Both the position numbers and the translations under genes were made by a program. Positions 20,344 to 30,349 of a stretch of 64,000 nt of DNA are shown here, piece by piece. The notes beneath the pieces were generated by a model. That model did not search any database. It saw only the letters and a program-made list of their open reading frames with translations, and was not told where the DNA came from. The DNA lies in assembly GCA_963701295.1 (NCBI GenBank), contig OY969585.1, positions 480,001 to 544,000 on the forward strand. Reading direction: 5' to 3'. Positions within the stretch are counted from its first letter, which is position 1; each line of letters opens with the position of its first letter. This DNA comes from Ignavibacteriota bacterium (GTDB lineage Bacteria; Bacteroidota; Ignavibacteria; UBA10030).

Positions 20344-20463
20344 TGTACAACATCGTTGCTTGTTAATTTAAAGAGAGGATGATACCATCCCTTAAAGATT
20401 TCAATGTATATGCAACCATATTCTTGCGTGCAGTATTGATGCAGAGAGAGAAGAAATGATTCA

Positions 20464-20709
20464 ATGACAGAAAACAAGTTAGTACCCCTCCATAAAATAT
20501 TCAAAGGAAGCCGTGTTTGGATTGTACAAGTGCCTGAAGGCAAACGAAGGAGCCAGTTAATTCGATTGGGAATTTCAAAGGGAGAGTTTATCCGATGTCT
20601 TGAACGCCTTCCAGGAGGAACGGTGGTGATCGAAAAGAATCGCCGCGAAATTGCTATCGGCATGTCGCTGGCAAAATCTATTTTTGTTACTTATGCCAAT
20701 ACCGAATAG
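20464..20709 (+). CDS. feoA: Ferrous iron transport protein A
   Basis: SH3-like, LIRLGI..G, EIAIG..LA motifs; precedes feoB. Confidence 0.9.
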   Translation: MTENKLVPLHKIFKGSRVWIVQVPEGKRRSQLIRLGISKGEFIRCLERLPGGTVVIEKNRREIAIGMSLAKSIFVTYANTE

Positions 20710-20734
20710 GCCGAGGGAAAAGTGAGAAAGAAAT

Positions 20735-22636
20735 ATGTCTGAGCATTTAACGACGATAAGTGAAGTAAATTTACATCCTGAACATATCGACCATCATAAA
20801 CATTTCAAAGCCACGCCGGTCGCAGGTGACACGCCCCATCTGAAAATAGCGCTGGTCGGGAATCCGAATGTGGGCAAATCGGTCATATTCAATTATCTCT
20901 CTGGATTGTATATGGATGTTTCGAATTACCCCGGAACGACGGTAGAGTTTTCGAAAGGCAAGTATAAGAATTATGTAGTATATGATACGCCGGGTGTGTA
21001 CGGAATTTCTTCCTTCAGTGCAGAAGAAAATGTCACGCGGGATGTCGTCCTTGAATCAGATGCGGTTCTCAACATTGTCGACTCCGTGCACCTCGAACGT
21101 GATCTCTTTCTTACCCAACAATTGATCGATATGGGTAAATGTGTCTCTGTCATTCTTAACTTCAAAGATGAGCTGGAACGCGAAGGCATTACCATCGATA
21201 CGATACAGCTTTCGGCTTCACTGGGTGTACCGGTGTTTCAAACATCGGCTGTGCAAAAAACAGGATTTGAACAACTGGACGATGCCATTATTGGCGCACA
21301 GCATGGGAAAATCGATCAGGAGCTTCACACGAAACTGCACACCATGCTGATCGAAGTTGGTTCGCAAGCAGAAGCATTGCTCGTTCTAGAAGGAGACGAA
21401 TCGTTAGCGCAGAAACATGGCATACACGCCGGGAATGAACGTGAAGATATCTACATTAAGAGACGTAATCGTGTCAACCTCATCGTCAACGATGTGCTGA
21501 AGGAGACAAAAACACGGACCAGGATTTCCACACTGTTCGGACGCTGGGCGGTCAATATTTGGACCGGTATCCCGATGCTGCTTGCCGCTCTCTATCTTAT
21601 TTATCTCTTTGTTGGAAAACTCGTTGCGAGCGACTTAGTCAATGTCACAGAAAAGCATCTCGGGAATGAAATATGGGAACCGTGGATTCGAAGCGTTGTA
21701 ACACATTTCATCCCGCTCAACTCTTGGCTCGGCACCCTGCTTGTCGGTGAGTTCGGTGTCATTTCCATGACCGTCACCTATCTTTTCTTTTTGCTGCTGC
21801 CGCTTGTCATTGCATTTTATCTTGCACTCTCATTGATGGAAGACAGCGGTTATTTGCCGCGGTTAGCAACGCTGGTAGACAGGAGCCTGAATGCGATTGG
21901 GTTGAATGGCGGCGCTGTCATTCCCCTCATACTGGGCTTCGGATGTGTCACGATGGCAACCATCACAACACGTCTTCTTGGCAGCGAACGGGAAAAAACT
22001 ATTGCAACAACCATTCTTCAGTTTGCGATTCCATGTTCGGCACAAATTGCAGTCGTCGCCGCATTATTGGCAGGAGCCGGGTTCGGCGCGATGATCATTT
22101 ATTCCGTTACAATTTTTGCTGTGTTCATCGCCATCGGTACAATTCTGCATCGTTTGTTGCCGGGGGAATCAAGTCCTTTGCTTCTCGATTTACCGCCTAT
22201 GCGGCTGCCGCGGCTCGACAACATTGTTCGGAAGACAACGTTTCGATCCTATGCCTTTATGAAAGAAGCGACACCATGGTTTTTTGCCGGCGCACTTGGC
22301 ATAGGCATTATGCAAATAACCGGACTCCTCGTCATTTGGCAAAACTTATTGGCACCGATTGATACAGGATGGTTGCAACTGCCGCGTGCAGCATCAACTG
22401 CATTTGTAATGGGGCTTGTGCGACGAGACTTTGGTGCTGCCGGATTATATGAGTTAGCTTTAACACCGCATCAAGTTGTTGTTGCTCTCGTGACCATTAC
22501 TCTCTTTGTTCCGTGTATCGCTTCATTGATGGTGATGCTGAAAGAACGCGGAATTAAGGAGGCACTCATTATCTGGTTCGCAACATGGATTGGCGCGTTC
22601 GTCATCGGCGGATTTGTTTCCCAAATACTTATCTAG
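20735..22636 (+). CDS. feoB: Ferrous iron transporter B
   Basis: GNPNVGKS, NYPGTTVE, DTPG, MEDSGYLPR, LGFGC, IPCSAQ, FVPC. Confidence 0.96.
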   Translation: MSEHLTTISEVNLHPEHIDHHKHFKATPVAGDTPHLKIALVGNPNVGKSVIFNYLSGLYMDVSNYPGTTVEFSKGKYKNYVVYDTPGVYGISSFSAEENVTRDVVLESDAVLNIVDSVHLERDLFLTQQLIDMGKCVSVILNFKDELEREGITIDTIQLSASLGVPVFQTSAVQKTGFEQLDDAIIGAQHGKIDQELHTKLHTMLIEVGSQAEALLVLEGDESLAQKHGIHAGNEREDIYIKRRNRVNLIVNDVLKETKTRTRISTLFGRWAVNIWTGIPMLLAALYLIYLFVGKLVASDLVNVTEKHLGNEIWEPWIRSVVTHFIPLNSWLGTLLVGEFGVISMTVTYLFFLLLPLVIAFYLALSLMEDSGYLPRLATLVDRSLNAIGLNGGAVIPLILGFGCVTMATITTRLLGSEREKTIATTILQFAIPCSAQIAVVAALLAGAGFGAMIIYSVTIFAVFIAIGTILHRLLPGESSPLLLDLPPMRLPRLDNIVRKTTFRSYAFMKEATPWFFAGALGIGIMQITGLLVIWQNLLAPIDTGWLQLPRAASTAFVMGLVRRDFGAAGLYELALTPHQVVVALVTITLFVPCIASLMVMLKERGIKEALIIWFATWIGAFVIGGFVSQILI

Positions 22637-22767
22637 AGAAATTGCAAACATCGATATTCAAATGACAAACAAATCACACCTATCAAATTTCGAACCGTTC
22701 TATTCTTGGAATTTGTCCCGCTTTTTGGGATCCCGTGCAACGGGATTTGCTATTTGTGATTTGATTA

Positions 22768-22980
22768 TTGGGATTTAGAAAAGTGCTTTTTACACTCGAA
22801 GAACAATTAAAGCTTGAAGTTCGTCTCTGTCCGCAGTGCCAATGTAAAATCGCCAGTCCGTTCATCACACGGTGCCCGCGATGTTTGGCATCTATCCCCG
22901 TACAGAAACTTGGGTGTTCTTCTTGTATGCACAGAACGAGCTGCCCTGTTATACCTGCTTCAACGGCAAAATCGCTGTAA
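22768..22980 (+). CDS. Small Cys-rich protein (possible FeoC-like or zinc ribbon)
   Basis: CPQC, CPRC, CSSC..C clusters right after feoB; start codon uncertain. Confidence 0.55.
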   Translation: MGFRKVLFTLEEQLKLEVRLCPQCQCKIASPFITRCPRCLASIPVQKLGCSSCMHRTSCPVIPASTAKSL

Positions 22981-23126
22981 ATCGCCATAGTAACCGTTTC
23001 TTCCCAAGTCTCTTATCGAGACAATAATTTTAACAATATTTATTGATATTTGCTTTCTCAAGAATATTCAGTATCATTTTACAAATCCACTAAATTTCAA
23101 TTTTTCAACAATTGCTGGGAGTTACT

Positions 23127-23873
23127 ATGGATGATCGATCACCATTACCTTCTGCCCCTTCATTGGGAAAAGTACTGCCTGATGTGTTTGCTTCACCATC
23201 AGAAGTTTATCAGAATTTGAAGAATACTGCTCCTTCTCCAACATTGTGGGTTATACCGCTTATTGCTACACTTCTCATTGTCGTCGTTTCAGTTATTATG
23301 ATCTTCACGAATGAGACACTGAAGAGCGAGATGAAAGAAATCCAGAGCAAAGCTATTCAAAAAATGGTTGATGAAAAGAAGCTTACGCAAGAAGATGCTG
23401 ATAAGGCAGAAGCCCGAACCGAATCCATGGGTGGCATGATGATTGCTTTTGGAATTATTGGTGGAGTTATTTTTATGGCTGCCTTCTATTTCGGTGGTGC
23501 GCTTTTCTTATGGTTAGCCAACAAGACTATTCTTAAATCGGCTGTCGGCTATGGAAAACACCTTGAGTTATACGGCATTGCATCGTGGATTGGAGTACTT
23601 GGCGGTGTCATTACAATCTTGATGATGGTAGGATTCGGTTCTATGTCGGCAACTCCCAGCGCTGCACTTGCACTCATGGGCAGTTTTGATCCCACGAATA
23701 AACTTCACATGCTGCTCGCATCACTCAACATTTTTTCTATTTGGCAGACAGCGGTCATAGGCATTGGGTTGAGCAAATTTTCAGATAAGCATACGAGTGC
23801 AGGTATAGGTGTTGCGTTTGCGCTGTGGATTGTCTGGGTTGCACTGTCGATCCTCATCGGCATTGCCCGATAA
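23127..23873 (+). CDS. Yip1-family membrane protein
   Basis: VFASPSEVY..L N-terminal motif and about five TM segments. Confidence 0.75.
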   Translation: MDDRSPLPSAPSLGKVLPDVFASPSEVYQNLKNTAPSPTLWVIPLIATLLIVVVSVIMIFTNETLKSEMKEIQSKAIQKMVDEKKLTQEDADKAEARTESMGGMMIAFGIIGGVIFMAAFYFGGALFLWLANKTILKSAVGYGKHLELYGIASWIGVLGGVITILMMVGFGSMSATPSAALALMGSFDPTNKLHMLLASLNIFSIWQTAVIGIGLSKFSDKHTSAGIGVAFALWIVWVALSILIGIAR

Positions 23874-23892
23874 TCCAAAAGAAAATTACACA

Positions 23893-23930
23893 GAAAGCCT
23901 TCCTCTCAGAACACAGGGGAAGGCTTTTCT
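23893..23930. terminator. Intrinsic terminator between convergent genes
   Basis: AAAGCCTTCCTC...GGGGAAGGCTTTT stem. Confidence 0.7.
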
Positions 23931-23931
23931 C

Positions 23932-24330
23932 TTATTCTTTACTCTCTCGTATTAGTTGTCGCAATTCCGCAAGCTGCCGTTCCACGCGGTCCATCTGGTC
24001 ATTGTGATGGTGCCAGACTTCACTGCGCCGTACCGATTGACGCTCTGCCATCTGTCCGGCACGGACAATTTTATCCATAAAGAATCCAAATAGCCACACG
24101 CCAAGAAAACCTATAGGTATGATAACGATCATCAGTTCTCGCAAGCGCGGGATGCCGAAGAAGATCATAAGCTTATCACTCGCTGTGATGATAAGAAGCG
24201 TGAAGTTGAGAATGACGAGAAATGATTGGCCGAGATCGAATCGATATTTTTGTGAAAAGAATATTTCGCGCCAGCGTGCTAAACGTATACGTAATCGAGC
24301 GGATGCTTGTTCGGGTTGGTGTTTCATCAT
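23932..24330 (-). CDS. Hypothetical two-TM protein with C-terminal coiled coil
   Basis: ORF with AGGAG upstream of the ATG at 24330; two hydrophobic segments. Confidence 0.7.
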   Translation of the reverse strand: MMKHQPEQASARLRIRLARWREIFFSQKYRFDLGQSFLVILNFTLLIITASDKLMIFFGIPRLRELMIVIIPIGFLGVWLFGFFMDKIVRAGQMAERQSVRRSEVWHHHNDQMDRVERQLAELRQLIRESKE

Positions 24331-24413
24331 TGATACTCCTGAGGTCGATGGATGGAAAAAAGAAACGGCGCACAAGGCGCCGAAGTTATTCAAATTGGCG
24401 ATACACTGTTCAC

Positions 24414-26051
24414 TCAGTTTTTCGTAATGGGAAGATAGATACTGATGGTCGTCCCCTTCCCCATCATGCTGTCGATCTCTATCTTTCCGTTGTGATCATC
24501 GATTACCTTCTTGACAATGGCCATACCAAGTCCTGTGCCATGCTTCTTACCATACGACATAAACGGTTCAAAGATACGGTTCTTCACTTCTTCCGGCATG
24601 CCGGTGCCTGTGTCCGTAAAATCGATACGCACATATCTGTTATGCTCAACCGTTGCAACAGTAAGTGAACCGCCTTCAGACATTGCATCGCGCGCGTTGC
24701 TGGCAATATTATAGAACACGCGCACCATTTTATCCTGATCCAACCGCACGATGCCTTTGAACTGTGCATTCTTTACCAGTGTAATTTTATTCTTCTCTAA
24801 ATCTTTTTCGATGAAATTCAACACCTCGTTCATCACATCGGAGAATTCGAGTTCTTTGAAATTCGATGCGCTCACACCGCGTGTAAAATCCAATATTTCC
24901 TGTGTCATATTCACAAAGCGATCTACCTGACGGATCATCTCATCAGCAAGTTTGTTCGCTTCCTCGTTGCCCGATTTCTTTTTCATTACCTGGGCGTACA
25001 CTCGGAGCGTTCCCATCGGATTTTTTATATCATGGATGATGACACTCGCCATTCGTCCGACAGCAGACAAACGTTCATTCTGCACCATTTCTTGTGCCAT
25101 GCGAGCATTCTCGATTGCAACAGAAGCGTGAGCAGAAAAGGCATCAATGAATGAAATATCCTCGCTATCAAAAGACCCTTGATTCTTATTTAAGAGTTGA
25201 AACACACCGATGATTTTGCCATCTTTGTTCTTCAACGGCATGCAGAGCATATTATATGTATGATACCCGCTACGTTTGTCAATGTCAGGATTAAAACGAG
25301 GATCGGCATACGTATCCGCGATGTTGATCGTCTCGCCCGTCTCCGCAACATATCCGGATAAACCTTTACCGATGGGCAAACGGATCTCAACCATGTTTGT
25401 ACCTTGCAGGACTTTTGACCACAATTCTTTCTTGATGTTATCGACAAGGTACAGCGTACCACGGTCGGCATTGATGCTTTTTGCCGCTGAGTCAAGAATT
25501 AATCCAAGTAATTTATCGAGGTCAAGTGTAGAGTTAATGATTTTGCTTGCTTCAATGAGCCGTTGAAGTTTGTTGAAACGTATTTCATTGGCCTGACGCT
25601 GCTCTTCGAGCCTCTTGACGATATTATCGTCTGCCTTGCGGATGCGTGCGCTCAGTTCGCGGAGAAGATTGAATGCCGCTTTGTGGCTTGAACGGAGTAA
25701 TTCTTCAAATTCAATTTTTGTCATCGAGAGAAGAATCGAGTCCTCGATGCACGAAGCGCGTGCAGAACGTGTACGACCATCGAGCGATACAAGCTCTCCA
25801 ACAATTTCTCCACACTCCAATACATCGAGTGTCGTCTCCTCGCCAAAAGTTGTCACGCGGGAGATCCGGATTTTCCCTTTTTCGATAATAAATACTTTAT
25901 CGCCTGATGTATCCGCATCAAAGAGCATCGCACCTGCTGGGTGATGTTCCTCATGGAATTTATTGATTACTTGCAGCACTTCATCGCGCGACAGCTGATA
26001 GAATAAAACGGTAGACTGAAGACTGCGTATGCGTTCATCCTGCGTAGGCAT
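24414..26051 (-). CDS. cNMP-binding/GAF sensor histidine kinase
   Basis: GELVSLDGRTRSA cNMP motif, GAF with D.RFN..D and QLLNK, HDIKNP H-box, N/G boxes (DTGTG, GTGLG). Confidence 0.93.
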   Translation of the reverse strand: MPTQDERIRSLQSTVLFYQLSRDEVLQVINKFHEEHHPAGAMLFDADTSGDKVFIIEKGKIRISRVTTFGEETTLDVLECGEIVGELVSLDGRTRSARASCIEDSILLSMTKIEFEELLRSSHKAAFNLLRELSARIRKADDNIVKRLEEQRQANEIRFNKLQRLIEASKIINSTLDLDKLLGLILDSAAKSINADRGTLYLVDNIKKELWSKVLQGTNMVEIRLPIGKGLSGYVAETGETINIADTYADPRFNPDIDKRSGYHTYNMLCMPLKNKDGKIIGVFQLLNKNQGSFDSEDISFIDAFSAHASVAIENARMAQEMVQNERLSAVGRMASVIIHDIKNPMGTLRVYAQVMKKKSGNEEANKLADEMIRQVDRFVNMTQEILDFTRGVSASNFKELEFSDVMNEVLNFIEKDLEKNKITLVKNAQFKGIVRLDQDKMVRVFYNIASNARDAMSEGGSLTVATVEHNRYVRIDFTDTGTGMPEEVKNRIFEPFMSYGKKHGTGLGMAIVKKVIDDHNGKIEIDSMMGKGTTISIYLPITKN

Positions 26052-26108
26052 TCAAAGTACTTTCATACTGGGAAACACACTAACTGCGTGAATAATAACA
26101 AGAATCAG

Positions 26109-26714
26109 TCACTTAGTCAAGAAATGGAGCTTTACTTTCAGAACTTCTTTCATTTTTGCTAATGATCGGGCACGGTGACTGATGAGATTCTTTTCTTCGG
26201 CTGTGAGTTCCGCATATGTTTTGGCAAACCCAGTAGGGATAAATATTGGATCATACCCAAATCCATTGGTGCCACGAGGTGTTTCGCCAAGCATACCGGT
26301 ACAGATTCCTTCCGTCATTTCTTCCACACCATTACCGACAAGTGCGAGTATTGAACGGAATTGCGCTCTCCGGCGCCGCGGCGCCACGGCGCGCATCTCT
26401 GTCAGCAGCTTCTGATTATTCATCTTATCCGTCGCTTCTTCACCGGCATAGCGTGCAGAGAACACTCCGGGTCTGCTGTTAAGATAAAATACTTCCAAAC
26501 CAGAATCATCTGCCAATGCAAGTAATTTCGTGTGATGATACACTGTACGCGCCTTTTGAAATGCATTCGCCTCGAATGTAGTCCCATCTTCTCTCAATAG
26601 AAGTTCAGTGGAGACATCGTTAAGTGTGAGCACATCGACATCGAGATCGCCGAGCAGCGTCTGCAACTCTTGCGCTTTGTGAATATTTCGCGTGGCAAGA
26701 ATGAGCTTGGTCAT
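26109..26714 (-). CDS. rdgB: Non-canonical purine NTP pyrophosphatase
   Basis: ATRNIHK, NAFQKA, ADDSGL, GFGYDPIF, SHR. Confidence 0.96.
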   Translation of the reverse strand: MTKLILATRNIHKAQELQTLLGDLDVDVLTLNDVSTELLLREDGTTFEANAFQKARTVYHHTKLLALADDSGLEVFYLNSRPGVFSARYAGEEATDKMNNQKLLTEMRAVAPRRRRAQFRSILALVGNGVEEMTEGICTGMLGETPRGTNGFGYDPIFIPTGFAKTYAELTAEEKNLISHRARSLAKMKEVLKVKLHFLTK

Positions 26715-26883
26715 TGGAGGTTTGAGATGAGTGAATTGAAAAATTAGAATTTTATGACGTATGATGTAGCGATTTTTGCGATTTAAATATGTACTCTCTA
26801 CTCAAGATTGAGATGATATATGTGCAATCTTCATTTTCTTCTCTTTTTCATTTTCCATCTCACCTCTCAATACTCAAATGGTA

Positions 26884-28242
26884 TCACCCAATCAATGCTT
26901 CGATGGCTTTTTCAATGCGATCGACTCCGATAATCTCAATTTCGCCATTGGGCTTGAACGTTTTCAAATTATGTTGAGGAACAATAATGCGTTTGAAACC
27001 AAGTTTTGCCGCTTCATGTACACGTTTTTCAATTTGTCCGATGGTGCGAATCTCTCCACCCAATCCGATTTCACCCACTGCAACGGATGATGAATCAACA
27101 GGAATATCGCGAAGACTCAATGCGATGGAAGCGGCAATTCCTAAATCTACTGCCGGCTCATCGATGCGGATACCGCCGGCAACATTCACAAATACATCTT
27201 GCTGGCCAAGATTCATTCCAACACGCTTTTCCAACACGGCAAGCAACAATGCCAAACGTCGATAGTCAAAACCAGTGCTTGTACGCTGCGGCATTCCATA
27301 GTTCGTCGGTGTCACCAGCGCTTGCACTTCAACAAGGATGGGGCGCGAGCCTTCAATGCTCGCAACGACAGTGGAACCGGATGTGCCATAGTGACGCTCT
27401 GAGAGAAATATTTCTGATGGATTAAGCACCTCTCGCAAACCAGTCTCGTGCATTTCAAAAATGCCGATTTCATTCGTCGAACCGAATCGGTTTTTTAACG
27501 CACGCAGAATTCGATAGGCGTAATGTGCCTCGCCCTCAAATTGCAGAACCGTGTCCACCATATGCTCTATCACCTTTGGACCAGCAATAACACCTTCTTT
27601 TGTTACATGACCAACGAGGAAGATCGGAATGCCGCGCATCTTGGCAAGACGCAGCAGTAAGGCGGCAGATTCCCGCACCTGACTTACACTACCCGGTGCG
27701 CTCTCAAGTCCAGGACGAAACATGGTCTGAATGGAATCCACGATCACGATATCGGGAGTGCCGGAAGCAATCACATCCAGAATGAGATCAAGATTGGTTT
27801 CAGCAAGAAGTAAAATATTTTTTGCCGAGAGGACATTCAACCGTTCAGCACGAAGCTTGATTTGGCGGACGGATTCTTCACCGGTCACATACAAGACCGC
27901 TTGATCCTTCAATGCAATCGCTAGTTGCATCATGAGCGTGGATTTACCAATACCTGGGTCGCCGCCAAGCAGAACGAGCGAACCCGGTACAAGTCCGCCG
28001 CCAAGTACACGATCAAATTCATTCAACGTTGTTTTAATGCGCGGAACATCTTCCTTCTCAATTTGATCGAAAGAAACCGGTTCAATCTTTGAGGTAACTC
28101 CTGTTTTGCGCGATGCTCTTACCGGCGCCGAAACTTCTTCGACAAATGTATTCCACTCGGAACAATTCGGACACCTGCCAATCCACCTCGGTGAAACATA
28201 ACCACACGATTGGCAGACATATTTTGTGATGTTTTTGGACAT
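26884..28242 (-). CDS. radA: DNA repair protein RadA/Sms
   Basis: C4 zinc finger, GDPGIGKST, KNRFG, Lon-like C-terminus. Confidence 0.98.
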   Translation of the reverse strand: MSKNITKYVCQSCGYVSPRWIGRCPNCSEWNTFVEEVSAPVRASRKTGVTSKIEPVSFDQIEKEDVPRIKTTLNEFDRVLGGGLVPGSLVLLGGDPGIGKSTLMMQLAIALKDQAVLYVTGEESVRQIKLRAERLNVLSAKNILLLAETNLDLILDVIASGTPDIVIVDSIQTMFRPGLESAPGSVSQVRESAALLLRLAKMRGIPIFLVGHVTKEGVIAGPKVIEHMVDTVLQFEGEAHYAYRILRALKNRFGSTNEIGIFEMHETGLREVLNPSEIFLSERHYGTSGSTVVASIEGSRPILVEVQALVTPTNYGMPQRTSTGFDYRRLALLLAVLEKRVGMNLGQQDVFVNVAGGIRIDEPAVDLGIAASIALSLRDIPVDSSSVAVGEIGLGGEIRTIGQIEKRVHEAAKLGFKRIIVPQHNLKTFKPNGEIEIIGVDRIEKAIEALIG

Positions 28243-28391
28243 ATATTCAATATAGCGATGGAAGAAGATGAATTCAATGATAGATGGGGCCGAAAAGGAA
28301 CAAGACAGAAAGTGGGGTTCACCTTGACCTTTCCAACGGAAGATGGTATATTTTCCTCAATTTCATTATCCACGAAAGGAAAGGGCTAAGT

Positions 28392-29222
28392 ATGAAACGC
28401 GTCATGCTGCTATTCCTCACGATGAGTGCGACGATTTCATTTCTTGCTTACAGGATGGTCGATGATACAGCAACCGGTATCCTGAAACAACTGGGGATCA
28501 ATAATGATGATGCGAAAGAGTACATATGGTCGAATATTGTCAGAACTTCATTTTCTCATCCGACTACGAATGAAATGAGGACTCTAACTGCCGGTAACCG
28601 TCCTGCCATTGTTCGACAACTGGTCGCTTATGCACAACAATATATTACAAGCGAGGAGTTCAATAAGAAGTACCTAGAATACCGTCTTGGCATGAAACCC
28701 GAACCTCCCGAAAAACCGAAATCTATGGACGAACTTCGGCTGGAACAGAAAGCCCAACTTCAACATAGCATCGAGGAAATGGAAAAGACCAAAAAGTCTT
28801 TTGCTGCCGACCAGCAGAAACAATTTGACGACTATATTCATCAGATGCATGAACAACTTGCATCGGTTGATAACCCGAAAAATCCGATGTTCAATAAAGA
28901 GATGGAGGAGTATTTCAAACAGTCGTACGATGCCCAGATGAAGGAACACGAAACCAAAGTGAGCGAATGGCAAAACGAATGGCCAGAGAACCCTGCGCCT
29001 GTTATTATTCGGTCTCTCCAGAAATTTTTAGATGTGTCAAAGGATATCGACTATCGTGCAGAAGTTTTTAAGGACGCGTATGGTAAACTCTTATTCTCCA
29101 AAACTGTATATGAAAACAAGCCGGCGGAATGGAAGCTTTGCTATCGTGCAGGCAAAGAAACTGTAGAAGCGGCCCGGGCTGCTTCTAGTCAGTGGTTGGA
29201 CGAATTGAAGCGTGCTAAGTGA
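28392..29222 (+). CDS. Hypothetical exported helical protein
   Basis: Signal-peptide-like N-terminus from the ATG at 28392; YENKP.EWK.CYRAG near the C-terminus. Confidence 0.75.
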   Translation: MKRVMLLFLTMSATISFLAYRMVDDTATGILKQLGINNDDAKEYIWSNIVRTSFSHPTTNEMRTLTAGNRPAIVRQLVAYAQQYITSEEFNKKYLEYRLGMKPEPPEKPKSMDELRLEQKAQLQHSIEEMEKTKKSFAADQQKQFDDYIHQMHEQLASVDNPKNPMFNKEMEEYFKQSYDAQMKEHETKVSEWQNEWPENPAPVIIRSLQKFLDVSKDIDYRAEVFKDAYGKLLFSKTVYENKPAEWKLCYRAGKETVEAARAASSQWLDELKRAK

Positions 29223-29281
29223 CACATGGAATGTGGCACATCGCTCCCGCGGTACCTAAATTTCGATGAAGTGTTAAAAAT

Positions 29282-29318
29282 AAAAAAACCCGTCGCATTG
29301 CAGCCAGCGGGTTTTTTT
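29282..29318. terminator. Bidirectional intrinsic terminator
   Basis: A-tract, CCCG...CGGG stem and T-tract between convergent genes. Confidence 0.75.
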
Positions 29319-29338
29319 CACTCTTGTTGAAAAATGAA

Positions 29339-30214
29339 TTATAATTTTGCCCAATGTGCCTTTGCTGCTTTTACGTTCTTGCTCATCGGATAATTCTTTA
29401 CGACTTTTTCATAAGCTGCTTTTGCCTTTGCCTTGCTGCCAAGGTTTTCATACGATCGCGCGATCATGTATTGAGCATCTGCTTTCTTTTCGGAATTTTT
29501 CATTTTAAGCACTTCCTGAAACAACGGCAATGCTTCTTTATACTTCTTCTGTGCAAAGTAGGTTTCACCCAACCAGTATTTTGATCGATTAGCGACCTCA
29601 TCATCCGTTCCGCCATTAACAATCGCTTTGAAACCCTTTAGAGCACTATCATACTTACGTGCTTTAAATGCTTTCATTGCATTATCATAAGTCGCCTGGG
29701 AAACCGGAAGAGTCTTCTCTTCTGCGGGACGTGCTTCAACGCCTTTTGACGCTAAATCAGAAGTCTTGCTCAGTACTTCTACCGAGTCAGCACGGTGCTT
29801 TTCTATTGCATATTTTGTATCGATTTCGGTCATGCGTGCATTAATGCTTCTATTCTCTTGTTCAAGCTTTACAATGTTTTGTTTCAAACTTGTATTCTCA
29901 GTGCGAAGACCTTCAATTTGCTTTTCATATTGCGCTAATTGAGCCGGTGAGGCAGCAGGAGCCGGAGGTGGCGCTTCCGATTGACTGGTATCAGCTCCAA
30001 TGAAGTTCGTTAATGCTTGATCCGACGGATTCTCCTCCTTCGGTTTTTCTTTTTCAACTTTTACTGCCGGCTTTACTCCTTGAGCTTGAGACTCTTCCTT
30101 CGTAGCTTCTTCGCTTTCACCGCAGCCAATCAGCAAAAATGTGAATAGGACGAGAATGATAAACCAAGAATGTCTTTGTAAAGAACTACTGTCAATCAAG
30201 TTTTTGAGACCCAT
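29339..30214 (-). CDS. CpoB/YbgF-like TPR lipoprotein
   Basis: LIGC lipobox, coiled coil, three TPRs with YWLGE and V..NYP.S. Confidence 0.75.
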   Translation of the reverse strand: MGLKNLIDSSSLQRHSWFIILVLFTFLLIGCGESEEATKEESQAQGVKPAVKVEKEKPKEENPSDQALTNFIGADTSQSEAPPPAPAASPAQLAQYEKQIEGLRTENTSLKQNIVKLEQENRSINARMTEIDTKYAIEKHRADSVEVLSKTSDLASKGVEARPAEEKTLPVSQATYDNAMKAFKARKYDSALKGFKAIVNGGTDDEVANRSKYWLGETYFAQKKYKEALPLFQEVLKMKNSEKKADAQYMIARSYENLGSKAKAKAAYEKVVKNYPMSKNVKAAKAHWAKL

Positions 30215-30349
30215 AAAGCCTCCAAACAATAGCGAATGAATAGTGGATTTCACACAGCCTGTGCTAATTTATCAATACACTCGTTGAAAGTCAAGTGGTT
30301 TTCCCAAAATCATCGACGAATTTTGTTCTGACCAACCCCAGAAATTCTT

